Below, piece by piece: positions 25,785-37,950 of a stretch of 64,000 nt of DNA. Under the pieces are notes generated by a model. It was given only the letters and a program-made list of their open reading frames with translations. It had not been told where the DNA came from and made no database searches. Made by a program: the position numbers and the translations under genes. Within the stretch, counting starts at the first letter, position 1, and every line of letters starts with the position of its first letter. The stretch is from Lophium mytilinum (taxonomy: Eukaryota), in NCBI GenBank assembly GCA_010093605.1, contig MU004201.1:439106-503105 (forward strand). Direction: 5' to 3'.

Positions 25785-26180
25785 ATGGCCAATCCTTATC
25801 CTCAACTCCCTGTCAACCTCCTGCTTAGTGCTCAACTACGCGCGGCACCTGTTACCTAGAATGTGATCCTCGCTCCAGGTTAATTAATCTAGATCGGGAT
25901 ATTAATGTTGATATTACTATATATCGCGTCGAGGTGACGGCGTATATACAGTGCTGTAAGAGGACCAGGGCTCCGTAGAATATAAAGCAGCGCACCATGT
26001 ATACATGGGACTAGGTGAGGACATTCGGCCTGCAGATAAAGAGTCTACCAATCAGCCAGACTTCTATTACTGCTACCTTTGCGAAACGCTGAAGCGAAAG
26101 CAAGATCTCCTCGTTGTTTCTAAAGGCATAACGATAGCTATGGACCATCTTAAGAGGGTGTACAAGATAGATAAGGAGAC
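25785..26180 (+). mobile_element. hAT transposase 5' remnant (BED-like zinc finger)
   Basis: GEDIRP..FYYCYLCETLKRKQDLLVVSKGITIAMDHLKRVYKIDKETG is typical of the N-terminus of fungal hAT transposases. Confidence 0.7.
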
Positions 26181-27079
26181 GGGCAAGCTGCACACGTTTA
26201 GGAGCTCATGCTTAGTAGATCGCGTGGATCTAAGGCCTTATCTAGCCTAGCCCAGTCCTATCACGTTACTGGATTCGGAATAGCAGACCGCGCATGTTAT
26301 AGACGTAGAGTTGTGGCCTCACAAATGCTGGGGGCGAATTGACTCGCTGTCACAACGGGGCGCTTTAAAGTGGTGTAAAGGAGTATATATTGCGTAGAGC
26401 GGTGTTAAAGAATAGGCCTTAAAGGCAGTAAAACTAAATAGCTTTACTTAGTCTTTCTGTCTGTTACCTTACCGTCATGCCGTGTCTAACACCGCAAAGC
26501 TTACTCCTGGATGCTTCTACATGTAGGTACGTACAAGGTAAACTATAGGCAATTGGATTCGTGACTGCGCAGCCACTCGTCCCTTCCCGTACCATCGTCC
26601 CGAGGAAAGTGAGAGTGCCTCTTGGTGTGGCCCAATTTGGTAATTAGCGGTGTGATATTCTCGAATCACGTAATGTAAGAATTTGGAGGACAATAGATGT
26701 CGATTCTATGTAGGAAAGCGTTCCTTTAGTAGATCTATACATCACGTGCACGACATCTAAATATTAACCGTATATCGAGAATTCCATACCGGTTGGGGCG
26801 TGGAGAAAATATTGCTGCCATCCGAATAAGGTATAGCGCTGATAGTTAATTTTGACTATTAGCGCTAAGCAAGCTACCTCGGCATCCAAACGCTTGGCAA
26901 ACCTCCCCCCCATCACCGTTGTAGGTAGGCCGTCAGGGCTGTCCGCCTAGCATCCACCTTAGTCCACATCCTCCACACCCCTCCCGGCCATCATCCGCCA
27001 ACGTCTCAAAATTACCCTCTTCTCCCCCCATCGCCCCACTCGCCGCTCCCCGTGCGCATTTCTATTTGTATAGAGGTTC

Positions 27080-28200
27080 GTCCAGTTTATACTATTGACG
27101 TCCTCTATGTTATCATTCTCCGTCTGTTTCTAAGCCCCCGTCACGGTATCGTATACCTCTGCATCCCCGAGGAATCCCGTTTCATACGCACTAGCTGCGT
27201 CCTCCCGCAGCTTATTCTCTTTATCTTCCTCGGCGGCCCCAGTTCCCGTATCGTTCTCTTCTGCTTCCCTGATTAAACTCCACGATTCCCTAGACTCTCT
27301 ACATCTTGACATCCAGCGAATCTAAGCAGTACTGAACCCCCGCCACAGCCTGTCCCTGTCCCGATTTACTTTCCGTGGCGAGATCGCGAAAATGATTTTT
27401 AAGGTTGATGGGGTGTTCAGAAATAGCGCTGGGGAAAGCTTTCCAGCTTCCGGTGTCCAAGTGTAGTTGTAGGCACCCATGGCGCTTTTTAGACAACCTT
27501 AATTCCTCTTTAATTGCCACACACGGACGTTCTAGATCCAACGCTGTGGAAATATTGGGGTTAAGTCGGAGAGATTAGTGCAGCTAAATCCCATGCGCTT
27601 CGAGGCGGAGGAGGACTCCGTCCCCGTGGCATCGCTCCTCTTGCGCTTCCTTAATGCCGCTGGCTTATCTTTCTTAATAAGTTTTGTAGTAAGTGGATCT
27701 TTACTTGTACAATTTTGCACTTCTTGCTTGAGAAGCCTGACTATAGATTCGCTTTCAACATGCATAGCTTTCTAGAAGAATATTTAAGCAGGGGTTAGCA
27801 ACTATTTAAACCGAATGTTAATAACCATACTATATTTAGAAACCTCAACGCTATTATTGAGTCGTACAAGACATTAGGCCATTGCACGCCCTTCTAAGAC
27901 CGTCGCAATTCTCTCCCTACGCCTGTCGAAGCCCTTAGACCTTTAAGTAAACCACCTAGATATTCTATTAACGCTCTTTATCTCTATTCCACCCCTATTA
28001 ACTCGTGTTTCCATTTATTATGGACACCCAAAGCACTCACTCGGATGATTCCGATCTCGTCGATAGAGATGTCTGAAGCTTGGTGACCGAGTAGGAGAGG
28101 GCGCGCATTTACGATTTAGAACAACGTTCTTACACTCTTAACTTGCTGCTTTAACTAGATTAGTAAGTTCAGCTAGCGCAAAGCAGTGACAAAATCGCTA
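27080..28200 (-). mobile_element. Probable hAT transposase 3' remnant
   Basis: Degenerate motifs in hAT order: ETRVN (cf. TRWNS), YSMVINIRFK (cf. LDPRFK), RDLA..FSTA (cf. dimerisation domain ERxFS), then an acidic tail. Confidence 0.45.
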
Positions 28201-28473
28201 GCCTAATCTGTGCTTAGGAATGTGATCTATAGATGTACTTCTACTTAAGATTATTAATCTTGTCCATCTGAGTAATGAGGTTGCGGTAGTAGAGGCAATT
28301 GATAGGAACTTGTTCCGAAATAAATTTGGCAATAACCTGTTGGATTATGATAATTACTTACAGCAATTAATGCTAGTAGCATACAGGGTCGCTCCATGTA
28401 CATAACGTAGCGTCCTAACTTAATATTAGACGCTACGGCCTGCAATCTACAGGTAATGAGCCCGGTTTCGTTT

Positions 28474-28975
28474 AACGTTGCCGCCTAAGCCTTAGGTTGT
28501 CCGCCCGTTCCCACTGCAGGGTGTTACTAGCAGATCCTTACGTCCACCATCATTAGCATGCTTCCCTCAATGCCTTCTTTAATGCACTTCCTAGATGCAT
28601 ATTAGCCATCGCGATATAGGATACCCGCTATTACTATAAGACGTTAGTTATTATTACAGGTTGTCAGCTATCATTAATACCGGACGATTAGAGAAGCGGC
28701 ATCTGGTGGTGAGGATGGATGAGAGAATTATTTGGTATCGATGATGGCTGACAAGCTGTGATGATGACTAACAGCTTGTGACAATGGCTGGTATCCTATA
28801 GCGATGGCGGTATCCTGTAATGATGGCTGATTGCATCTAGAGAGGGGATCTAGAAAGTGCATCTAGTAATGCATTGAAGAAGGCATTAGAGAAGCATACT
28901 CATGACGGACGTAAAAAGCTGCTTGTAACACCCTGCCGGAACGGGCGGACGACAGGAGGCTCAGGTAGCAGCGTT
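28474..28975. repeat. ~500-bp long inverted repeat (foldback/MITE-like) with ~50-bp loop
   Basis: 28474-28683 pairs with 28733-28975 (e.g. GTCCGCCCGTTCC..GCAGGGTGTTAC vs GTAACACCCTGC..GGAACGGGCGGAC). No TSD is evident. Confidence 0.88.
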
Positions 28976-30869
28976 TTGATTGCTGTGGGTGATTATTATA
29001 TTCCAACACATGGCAGGTAGAAGTGCGGCAGATGATGTTGTCCACCTTTATATTATTCTCTTCCTTGCCGAGGCCACCGTGGTCCATTGTGTTGAAGAAT
29101 TTGACGAAGATCGAGGGCTTCTTCATTATTAGCTGAAGATGTTAGCCACCGATGGCGATGATTCGCCTGATCAGGGATCCATTATGCGACCGAACGTCCA
29201 CTGCTACTTTTTCTATTAGCATGTTAATTGGCATGTTTGGCCTCTCACCCCCATTTCTAGCACGGTCCCCGCCTTTTTGAACGTCCATGTCAATGTCTGA
29301 CATTGCCTAGTTGACATTGTTTATTCCCTTTATCCGTTGCACTCTGTCTGGGTGCACCTCCGCCGTAGCTCCTCCACCAACTGGAAGGTTGCAATGGAAA
29401 GGGTTTCTTTAAGAGATCCGCTCTGTGACTGCGTAGTGACCCGCTCCGTAACCACGTGATTACTTATCTCTTTCCGTTGGTGGAAGTACTTAGGCACGTG
29501 ACTTTTGCAGCAACTATGGATAAGCCACCGCCGCCACTACATGTACCTAGCCTTATTCTTAACTCTAAACCTATAGCCTACATCTAAAGCAACTCTCACT
29601 ATAAGCAACTCTTACTATGAAAGAGCTGCCGCTGCTAGTTTATGCGCCTAGCTTTGTCTCCCGTTACGTGCAGGCCTCTTCTGTAGTATATATAGGCGAT
29701 GCGCCTCGAGTTAAATATTGTTAAGGATTCACCTCAACCTCCATCCCTTTCCATCATGCGGGGCAAATTAAAAATGCCCCTTGGGTTGCCTACTGCTCCT
29801 ATTAACGCTTCTCTTTCTTTTAAGCTTTGAAGACCCCTGGTCTCGGTAGCTTCGGACGGCGCACGCTGGATCGATTTTGTTTATGCTGAGGTTGTTTTGG
29901 CTGTTCTTCTAAGACTTCTGTTTCTTGGAGGAGTCTAGCCGACCTGGGCTGCCCTTATTAGCTTTAGGCAGCGCACGCTGGTTCGATCTTGTCCATGCTG
30001 AGGACGTTCTAACTTTTCTTTTGCAACTTTTGTTTCCTGGAGGTGTCTGACCGACTTAGGGTATAGTTCTGAAAGCTTACTATAGTACTCTTGACGTCTA
30101 TAATAGTTCTCCAGCCTGTACTACCTTTAACTTTAGTTGTTAGGCGGTATGTACTGCATTAAGCTGTGTTCTAAAGTGAGACCCAAGGAATTATCAACAC
30201 TATTTCCTGTGATCTTGAGCTTCTCGGTTGCCGTTCTGAATAGGATGACATCATCCGGGATTCCCTGAGCACGCCTCGCCTGCTGTGTTATTATTACTCT
30301 TGGTTCTCTCCGATGGAGGACCTAGCCGACATACTTACATGTAGGATTGAAACTAGTTACGATTTTTGGAAACAGTCTATCCGGTCGTACGCGTCCATAT
30401 GATGTTCCAGCTGACTCTTTAGCGTGTTGGATGTGTTTCTTGCGATAGAATGGGGGCATGAGTATACTATTACGCCCGCTCTTCTCATTAGACTCAGTTA
30501 TCTCCTCTAATGTCGTCTTAGGGTGGTGGCCTGATGTGGTAATAGGCCAGTCGGAGAAGTTAACTCCTCTGCTCTCTCCTCGTTATCGGCGCGCGCTGTT
30601 CGATTTTTCCAGTCCATATTATTGACATCCTCCATGTTATTTATTATTCTCTATCTATTTCTAAGTCCCGGCCCCCCCGGCCCCATTATGGTATTGTGTG
30701 CTTCTGCATTACTGGGAAATTTTATATCATCCGCACCGGCTGCGTTCTTGCAAGGGTCATTCTGTTTATCTTACTTGATTCTTTCCGTTCCATACATCTT
30801 AAGCCTGGCTTTTCTACATTATGTTTCGCTTTTAACCACCTTACCCCTCCTACCCTCTAGTCTTTACAT

Positions 30870-31720
30870 GGATACCTGCTCATAGAACCACGCTGGAAAT
30901 CCACTCCTCCTAGAATTTAGGCCCCTCTCTATCGCCACCAGCTCTAACCTGATGCCATATCCCAAGACCGCCCGAAACATTTGGGCAAGGCCCTTCCCCT
31001 CGTGGAATCCATCCACCAGATTTGGATGCCATGCTTCTCAGCTGTATAAACTACCTACTTAGTCTTGTTGTCCTTTTCCCCTCTCTAGCAAGCACTCATT
31101 AGAAAAGCGCACTATGCGCCGTGGGAATGCCCTTATGTCTCATATTTAATGGCCGCCTAGAAAATTCAAGTAAGGTTCTTTTGCTCTTAGAATCGTTATC
31201 TAGCTTCGGGTGCCATGCTTCTTTAGCTGTGCGAAATGTCTAGTTGGTTCCTTACCTCTTTCCGCTCTCTATTAAGGACTCACCAGAATAGCGCACTATG
31301 GGCCATGGGTATGCCTTTATTTCTCTCTAACTGCGGCCTGATGATGAGTCAGGTTAGCTTTACCTCCTTCTCGGCCCTTCTCTTGGGCACCCTGTTGCGC
31401 TTCAGCACTCGATAGAAAGTTGATCTTGACACCTTCTTGATGCGCTGAAGTATGGCGATAGCCTAGTCTGTTAGGTCAGCATTCTTGGTTTTGGGGAAAA
31501 CCTTCTTTTGTTTGCCCTTAAAAGCGAACAGTGGGCCCGTATATGGAAGAGACTTGATTATGCTATTAAAGTCCCATTGATGGACAATCTCGTGGATATT
31601 TAGCGGCAGACATCACGCAGCGTTTTGATATCTTTCTTAGGAACATCCTCTTCGACAGTAGTAAGAGAATACTGCTGCGCCGTGTCTTTAAGAGCTCTTG
31701 GCCTCTCTGTCTATTGCTAG
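30870..31720 (-). mobile_element. Tc1/mariner (impala-like) transposase remnant with internal tandem duplication
   Basis: KVSRSTFYRVLKRN..RAEKEVKLT, then VR[YF]S[GN]E..ERGK..EAWHP twice, then MFRAVLGYGIRLELVAIE..GF. Truncated before the later catalytic residues. Confidence 0.8.
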
Positions 31721-31999
31721 ACACATTGTGCCAAAGCGGTGCTTTATGGCTGTGTGGTGTAATAATGGAGGTGGAAACGGTGATTTAGCGCTGAACTGCG
31801 ATGGACGCAAATTAGTAACATTTTACTATACCTATATCTCTCACCTTTTATATATAAATAAACTTCAGTCTTTGCGTCTTAGTTCTTGTCTTATACGGTC
31901 CAGCGTTGTTATTTGGTCTAGTCGCGCCGCGCGCGGTGGCTGCTCTCATCTAGACTACTAAGCGTAATGTACTAATGTAGTGTGGGGACAGCGGATATA

Positions 32000-32800
32000 G
32001 GGAGGGTTAGGGGTGGTGTAAAAAGGGTTACAGAGATGGTGTAAAAGTGTATAGAAGGGGTGGAAAGGGCTTGGGCAATATATAAAGGTTTTAGATGCTA
32101 AATGGGGGATAGTAATCTCTAAGGACTTGAAGGGCGTTTAGGCGATGTAAGTTGGCGTGAATTAGCGTGTGTAGAGTTTAGGGTGGTATAGTAGAGATGC
32201 GGAGGTGGTGTAAACGTATCTAATAGCGGTGGATAGGTTTTAGGCGATGTATAAAGGTTTGCAGGCTAAATTAGGGGTGGTGATCTCTAGAGACTTGAAG
32301 GGCATTTGGGCGATGTGTGTAGGCGTGTGTCGGCGTGTGTAGGGTTAGGGGAGGTGGATTTAAGGTGTATTGAAATGTTGGGAAGGGTTTAATGAGACAT
32401 GGAACGATTTTAGGCGATGTATAAAAGGTGTTAAGGCTAAATAGGGCCTGGTAATCTCTAAGGACCTAAAGCGCTTTGGGTAATATGGTAGGTGTGTGTC
32501 GACGTGCGTGGGGCTGGGGGCGGTACTTTAAAGTAATATGGAAGTGATAGAGAGAGTGTAAAGAGATGTGGAAAAGGTTTAGGCGATATATAGAGATTTG
32601 TGGGCTAAATAGGGCTGTAGTGATTTCTAAGGTCTTAAAGGGCATTTAAGCGACGTAGATAGGCGTGAATCGGCGTGTATAGGGTTGGGTGACTTAGGGT
32701 AAAGGTACATAGAAGTGGGGGAAGGGGTTTAAAGAGATGTTGAACCGATTTAGGTAATATTTGGAGGTTTAGTGGCCAAATGGGGGGTGGTGACCTTAAC
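32000..32800 (+). repeat. G-rich tandem array, period ~170 bp, ~4.5 copies
   Basis: GG[CT][AG]AT[AG]T.T..AG..GCTAAAT.GGG anchors at 32074, 32243, 32413, 32582 and 32753. Confidence 0.88.
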
Positions 32801-32899
32801 GCACTAAAAGGGCCTGCTTCCTTAACAAGAAATCCAATCTATCTTAATACCTTATTAACTTATAATCTTAATAGTATCTAATACACCATACTATTAGAA

Positions 32900-33500
32900 A
32901 GTGTAGAAAGGTAATGTCCCAGACACTGAGTCTTGCTAAAGTTCAAGGGGCAAACCCGGAATCTGCTTTCCTACGTCTATTCCCCAACTACCGGTTGCAT
33001 ATAGGTAGAACACAAGGAGTAGCTAGATCTAGAAACTAACTAGGAGCTTCTAAGGCTTTAGGCGCTTTGCACTTGTGGTCGTGAAATGTAATGTAAAATG
33101 GGTGTTGAAATCGCCCCAGTTTAGGGGCAAGCCCGGCATCTCTATTTTTACATCCATTTTCCACCACATCTCACATCCACGAGTTAGAAATACTTAAAAC
33201 TCAAGGAGCCATTACATATAGGAAACAACTAGGAGCTGCTAAGGTTTTAAGCATTTCTAACTTGTAGTTGTAAAATTTGGTGGAAAATAGGCGTTGAAAT
33301 CCCCCCAGTCCAAGGGCAAAACCAGGATCCCGCTCTCTTACGCTTGTTTCTCAATCCACGGTCGCATATGCGTAATAATTTGTAAGCTGCTAGGCCTAGG
33401 TATTATCTTAGACGTTCTTAATATTTAGACAGTTTCAATCGGTGGTTACAAATTGCGAGTGTGAAAGTAAATCTCTAGTTTCAACACCCCTAGAACCTCC
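32900..33500 (+). repeat. Tandem array, period ~177-189 bp, ~3 copies
   Basis: GGGCAA..CC.G.ATC anchors at ~32947, 33124 and 33313; AACTAGGAGCT.CTAAGG is repeated. Confidence 0.75.
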
Positions 33501-33789
33501 CCACAACTTTAAGATACCTTAATATCCCCGCCTTAGAGTCTCGCCACTTAGAGACTCTATTAACACGCTAACAATTTCTTATTCTTAGAATCTTCACATC
33601 CACACTTACAGTAAAGAGGCAGAGTGAACGCAAGCAACTTGCCCCTCTACAAGACCCCTATACGCACAAATCGCTACCATAACACGCCCTCGCCGTATCC
33701 TAACCCTCCGCATCGCTCAGAGTCCATCTACCGCTGCACGCACGGAACCACAACATCGTAATGCATACGAACTAGCTGTAGTCAAGCAT

Positions 33790-34500
33790 ATAGCGCCCAC
33801 GACGGCCTACTTTCTAGCGTTATCGCCTCGCATAACTCGGAGTTTGGATGACTGGTTTGGCGCCGCATACGCGCGATGCGCTGATTGGGTACTTATACAC
33901 TAAGAAGATGCGTAATGGCAATAGTAGAGACTTTAGTACTGGGTTGGGTTTTAAAGGTCCTTTGAGACGGCTGAGAAATCTACCGCTTTCCAGCATTATC
34001 ACCTCGCATAACTCGGAGTTCTAATGCGAGTCTAGCGCCGCACACGCGTAATTCGCTAATGGGGAACTCAAGTACTGAGGAGATGTTTGTTGGAGAATGC
34101 GGAGGTGTCGATGATAAGTTTGGTTTTAAGGGTTCCTCGAGAAGGCTTAAAATCTACGGCTTTCCAGCATTATCGCCTTACATGACTTGGAGTTCTGTAG
34201 ACTAGTTTGGCGCCGCACACGCGTGATGTGCTGATAGGAAACTTACATACTAAGAAGATGCGTGATAGAAAATACAGAGGTGTCGATGATAAATTTAGTT
34301 CCGAGGGTTCCTTGAGACGGCTGAGAATCTACCGCTTTCCAGCATTATTGCCTCGCATTCCTTACTTTGGCGCCCCATACGCGTGATATGCTGATGGTAA
34401 CCTCGAGCACTAAGAAGGTGCATGATGGTGATAGTAGACGTATTGATAATAAGTCGGGATTCGGGGTCCTTTAAAACTGCGTGAGAGAGTTAATGGCGAG
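33790..34500 (+). repeat. Tandem array, period ~175 bp, 4 copies
   Basis: TTAT[CT][AG]CCT..CAT..GCGCC.CA.ACGCG anchors at 33820, 33996, 34170 and 34345. Confidence 0.9.
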
Positions 34501-35159
34501 GGCGGGTGTAGGTAGGATAGAACGCGGAGATAGGCTACTTGCGCACGATGTCTCCCCGCCTCTAATAAGCGAGCGGAGAGGTGCTTTAAGTGCGGAGATA
34601 GATGGTGGAGCAAAGGTCGCTAGATTATTGACGTTGGATGGAGCATGGGCGCATGAGGACTCTTCGCGATATTTGCCCCGAGCTTCTAAAGACCGATATT
34701 GAGCTGAAGGGGGTGGAGGTCTTACATCTTGATATCTCGTTTTAAGAAGCCTAGTAATGCTAATCTGAGTGGAACCACCATCGGTTTATGGTAGTGTAAG
34801 GGATGGTCTTCCTTCGTGACATCTTGCTTTGAGAATCCGGCGCGATCCTAATTAAATTGGAATTAACGCCGTTCATGGCAGGGCATGGGGTGGTCTTGCA
34901 TCGTGCTATCTCGCTTTAGGAACCTGGAGTAATACTGTTCTATCTGGGAATACTACTGTTTGGGCGGTGGCGGTCTTGCTGGCGACGGGAATAGTGCGAG
35001 GAGCGTTGAGCTTGACAAGTAAACGCTTACCTGGACAAAGCGAGTCGGCTGTTGAAAGAGCGGAGGCGCACTTACGCATAAGACAGCACTGTCGGCAGGA
35101 ATTCAGGTGCTGAGAGCGACACTGTTCTTGATGTAATACCAAATGCATTTCTATTTAGG

Positions 35160-35335
35160 TCTATCTGGGTTTGCTCCCTGGGAAAGAAGAAGAAGTAAGA
35201 AATAGAAACGCGAGGTATGCTCCCTGGGATGAAGCAGAAAGACAAACGCCAGGTATGCTCCCTGAAAATGCAGACGGAATGAAAAGAGAAACGCTAGGTA
35301 TGCTTCCTGAAAATGCAGATAGAATAAAAAAGGAG
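35160..35335 (+). repeat. Short tandem repeat of ~40-46 bp units
   Basis: AAACGC.AGGTATGCT.CCTG occurs three times. Confidence 0.8.
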
Positions 35336-35417
35336 ATGTGTGGCCGTGGTATAAAATAGGTCCTTCTTTAACACATCCAAGCCACCCAATAAGTCCCCCT
35401 CGAGTGCACACTAATGT

Positions 35418-36430
35418 TCACGGTACTACGGTTAAGTTGCACGTCCTACCGTTTAATTGAGACTGTATCTTTGACACTCGGTCTGTTAATATAACGATGA
35501 ACGCGTCCTTCATCCTGTCTGCTCGACGATTTGTCCACTCCACGATGGACAACCCTCGCTCGGCAGGGCGATATTGTAGATTTGAAAAGAACCTGGCATG
35601 CGCCGTAGCTATACGAGTCGGATAGACTACAACCGGAGCCCAGCGCAGCTTGAAAGTCGCTAAAGTAGAATGGCCGCCAATAAGGCTTGCCAGATACTTT
35701 ACACTGGTAGACGCTTTCCAGATCTTCTTGTAGGCGTGAGACAAGTTAATATACTCCGCCGGGGGGATACTATTGAATGTGGGGTTGGTACAGTAAAAGT
35801 TAAGCGAATGTTTAGTTAATACGGCCAAAAGATTAATTTCCATGGCAAGGTGCTTTAATCTCTGTAGTCCGTGGCAAAGAAACATCGTTAATCGCCTAAA
35901 GGTATAGACACGGTCTTTGTCCTTTCTTCTAGCATGAACAGGCTGTTGGAATGGAGCTGCAACCGTAATATCTAGACGTCTTAGCTGGTTCCTAAGCGGG
36001 GGTATACGGCGCAACTTGCGTACAACTGCGTGGACGTGTGCATGAGGTTCAACGCCCGGCATTATATCCGCAACTTGGAGATGGAGAACTATATCCCCAT
36101 TATCTACTAGTTCCGGGGCCGCTGTTGTTATACCGGCCAGGGCATCACCGATGATCTCAAGGGCTGCGGTTAACTTGCAACATTTAACTTCGGTCCGCAG
36201 TGGGGTCCCCAAGACTTCTTGCCATATAAGGCCCCGAATCTCGGGCGGGAATAATTCGGTAAATTCCAACACGGTCCGAACTAGGTAATGCCAAAGTTAA
36301 TACTATATTGCAAGTAGCGGGGCTTTACCAGCCTTAAAACGGAACACTTACCTAGACGCTTAATCCCCCTTCGTGGTTCCCTGGTGTTTGACTCTGGTGG
36401 ATGTGCGCTGCCGAGTTCGAGGCTAGACAT
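35418..36430 (-). CDS. Apparently intact two-exon gene, 313 aa, F-box-like motif protein
   Basis: ATG at 36430. Intron 36281-36351 (GTAAGT..TTAAC..TAG) splices in frame to the 284-aa ORF. FTELFPPEIRGLIWQEVL is an F-box-like LPxEIRxxIW motif. Confidence 0.7.
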
Positions 36431-37249
36431 GATTGGTGGAAGGTAGAGAGGCAGACTAATACTTCGTTGTGGTCTTTCGGCTGCGCAATATGGAATTCCG
36501 GATTCAGATGGCGGATCCGAGTTAGTGAGTGGATTCGATATATTTGCAGCTCAGCGTTCGATATACAAACTTCCTAGGGTTTGGTGCTGGTCTGCCTTAG
36601 TACGATGGAGTAATAATGTCTCCCTAGCTGCGGACTCTTTATAGGTTGAGGACTGATGTTTAAGAAAAGACGTAGCTAGCAGACAGGACGGAAGATATAT
36701 ACTATGTTAAATTAAAGGTTTTGCATCTAAGCTCTAGTTTAGCGGCGAGACAGGCAGCAGATTATCCGCACGAATCCGATTACCTGCCATGTATCGTTGC
36801 ACAGCAGTTAACATTTACCGCGTATAGCTCTTACACCTGTCATGTATTACTGCACAGCAGTCTTTCCAGCTCCCAGGTCTTTATCGCAGCCGTGTCTAGT
36901 TATCGTTACTCTACAACTTGGAGTCTGGTACGCTAATTTAGCGCGACCAGAGGGTGAGGCTGGTTGCAGGGTGCTAATAAAGGCTATAGATGTGCAATAT
37001 TCTTGGCGTAGCTGCCCGAGCTCGATAGGCAAGCACCCGGTGGAAGTGAGCTCTCACGTTGGCGGGGGCTGCACGCTAATCTTCCTAAAGGGCCTGCTTC
37101 TCTCGTGGATTTATTATACGGGCAGCACTTTGCGGAACTCGGTGGTTAGCCCCTTAGGCTCTAGTAAAATGATTTCCCGCTTAAGGTTACAATTGTGGCC
37201 ATTGTAGGTGTAGATGAGAGCAGAAAGATTGCTGAGGTTTAAACCGATG

Positions 37250-37950
37250 CTAGTACAAGCTTGTGCGCCTGATCGCAAAGCTTAAGCCTTGCAGCCTTGC
37301 AGCCTTGCAGGGCTTGCACGGCATGCCGAGCGAATGTCTCTTTTTGAAGTATTGCAGCACGCTACGGAGGGTGGAAGTCCGATCCGGGATACGATGAGAC
37401 GCGCAACAGCGGGGGAGCGGGTGAGATTCTAGGAGAGATGAGGTCTGCAACGAAAAGCGATGCAGAGCCTAAGGCTGCAGTTCGCCGAGGTGTGGTGGCA
37501 TAGGCTGTGCCTCCGCAAGTTTAGAGCCGTGACACACCTGCAGACTTCGGCCTCTACCTAGACGCTCTTAGCTTTTCACACCCAATAAGTATAATTCTTC
37601 CCAAGGTTGGTCCCTGGCGGACTTGGCCTAAAGCAATTCAAGCTGCACGCAATATTGGCCTAGACTTATGTAACTATTCGTCATCGTCGAGGCATTACAG
37701 ATGTGGCGGGCGCAGGCATCGGGGTATTGAGCTTGAAGTACCAGCGGGGAAAGCTAGACCCATAGCTTAATGGGTGTGGGCGTTGTGACAGCTCGGGATG
37801 CAGGAGAAGAGAATGTATTGTATTGATGTTCTTGTGAGGAAGCTATCCGGGCGACGCGGAGGAAAAGTATGCACGCAAGCTGCAGGGTAAGCGGCTGAAG
37901 CAGTGCGGCCAAGGATGGTGTATGGCGCTGTGATGGTGGCAATGAGGCGT
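37250..37950 (-). pseudogene. Decayed gene fragment, possibly DUF3505 (telomere-linked RecQ-associated) type
   Basis: Weak motif resemblance only (YTILGR..ACVHT; PDAC..YISLGQYC; QPW..GVKS*ER). Confidence 0.25.

Noticed and set aside
30886..30900. 15-bp match AACCACGCTGGAAAT to the hAT MITE right end and flank
   Set aside because: It lies within Tc1 coding sequence (GFPAWF) with no subterminal homology, so it is likely chance.
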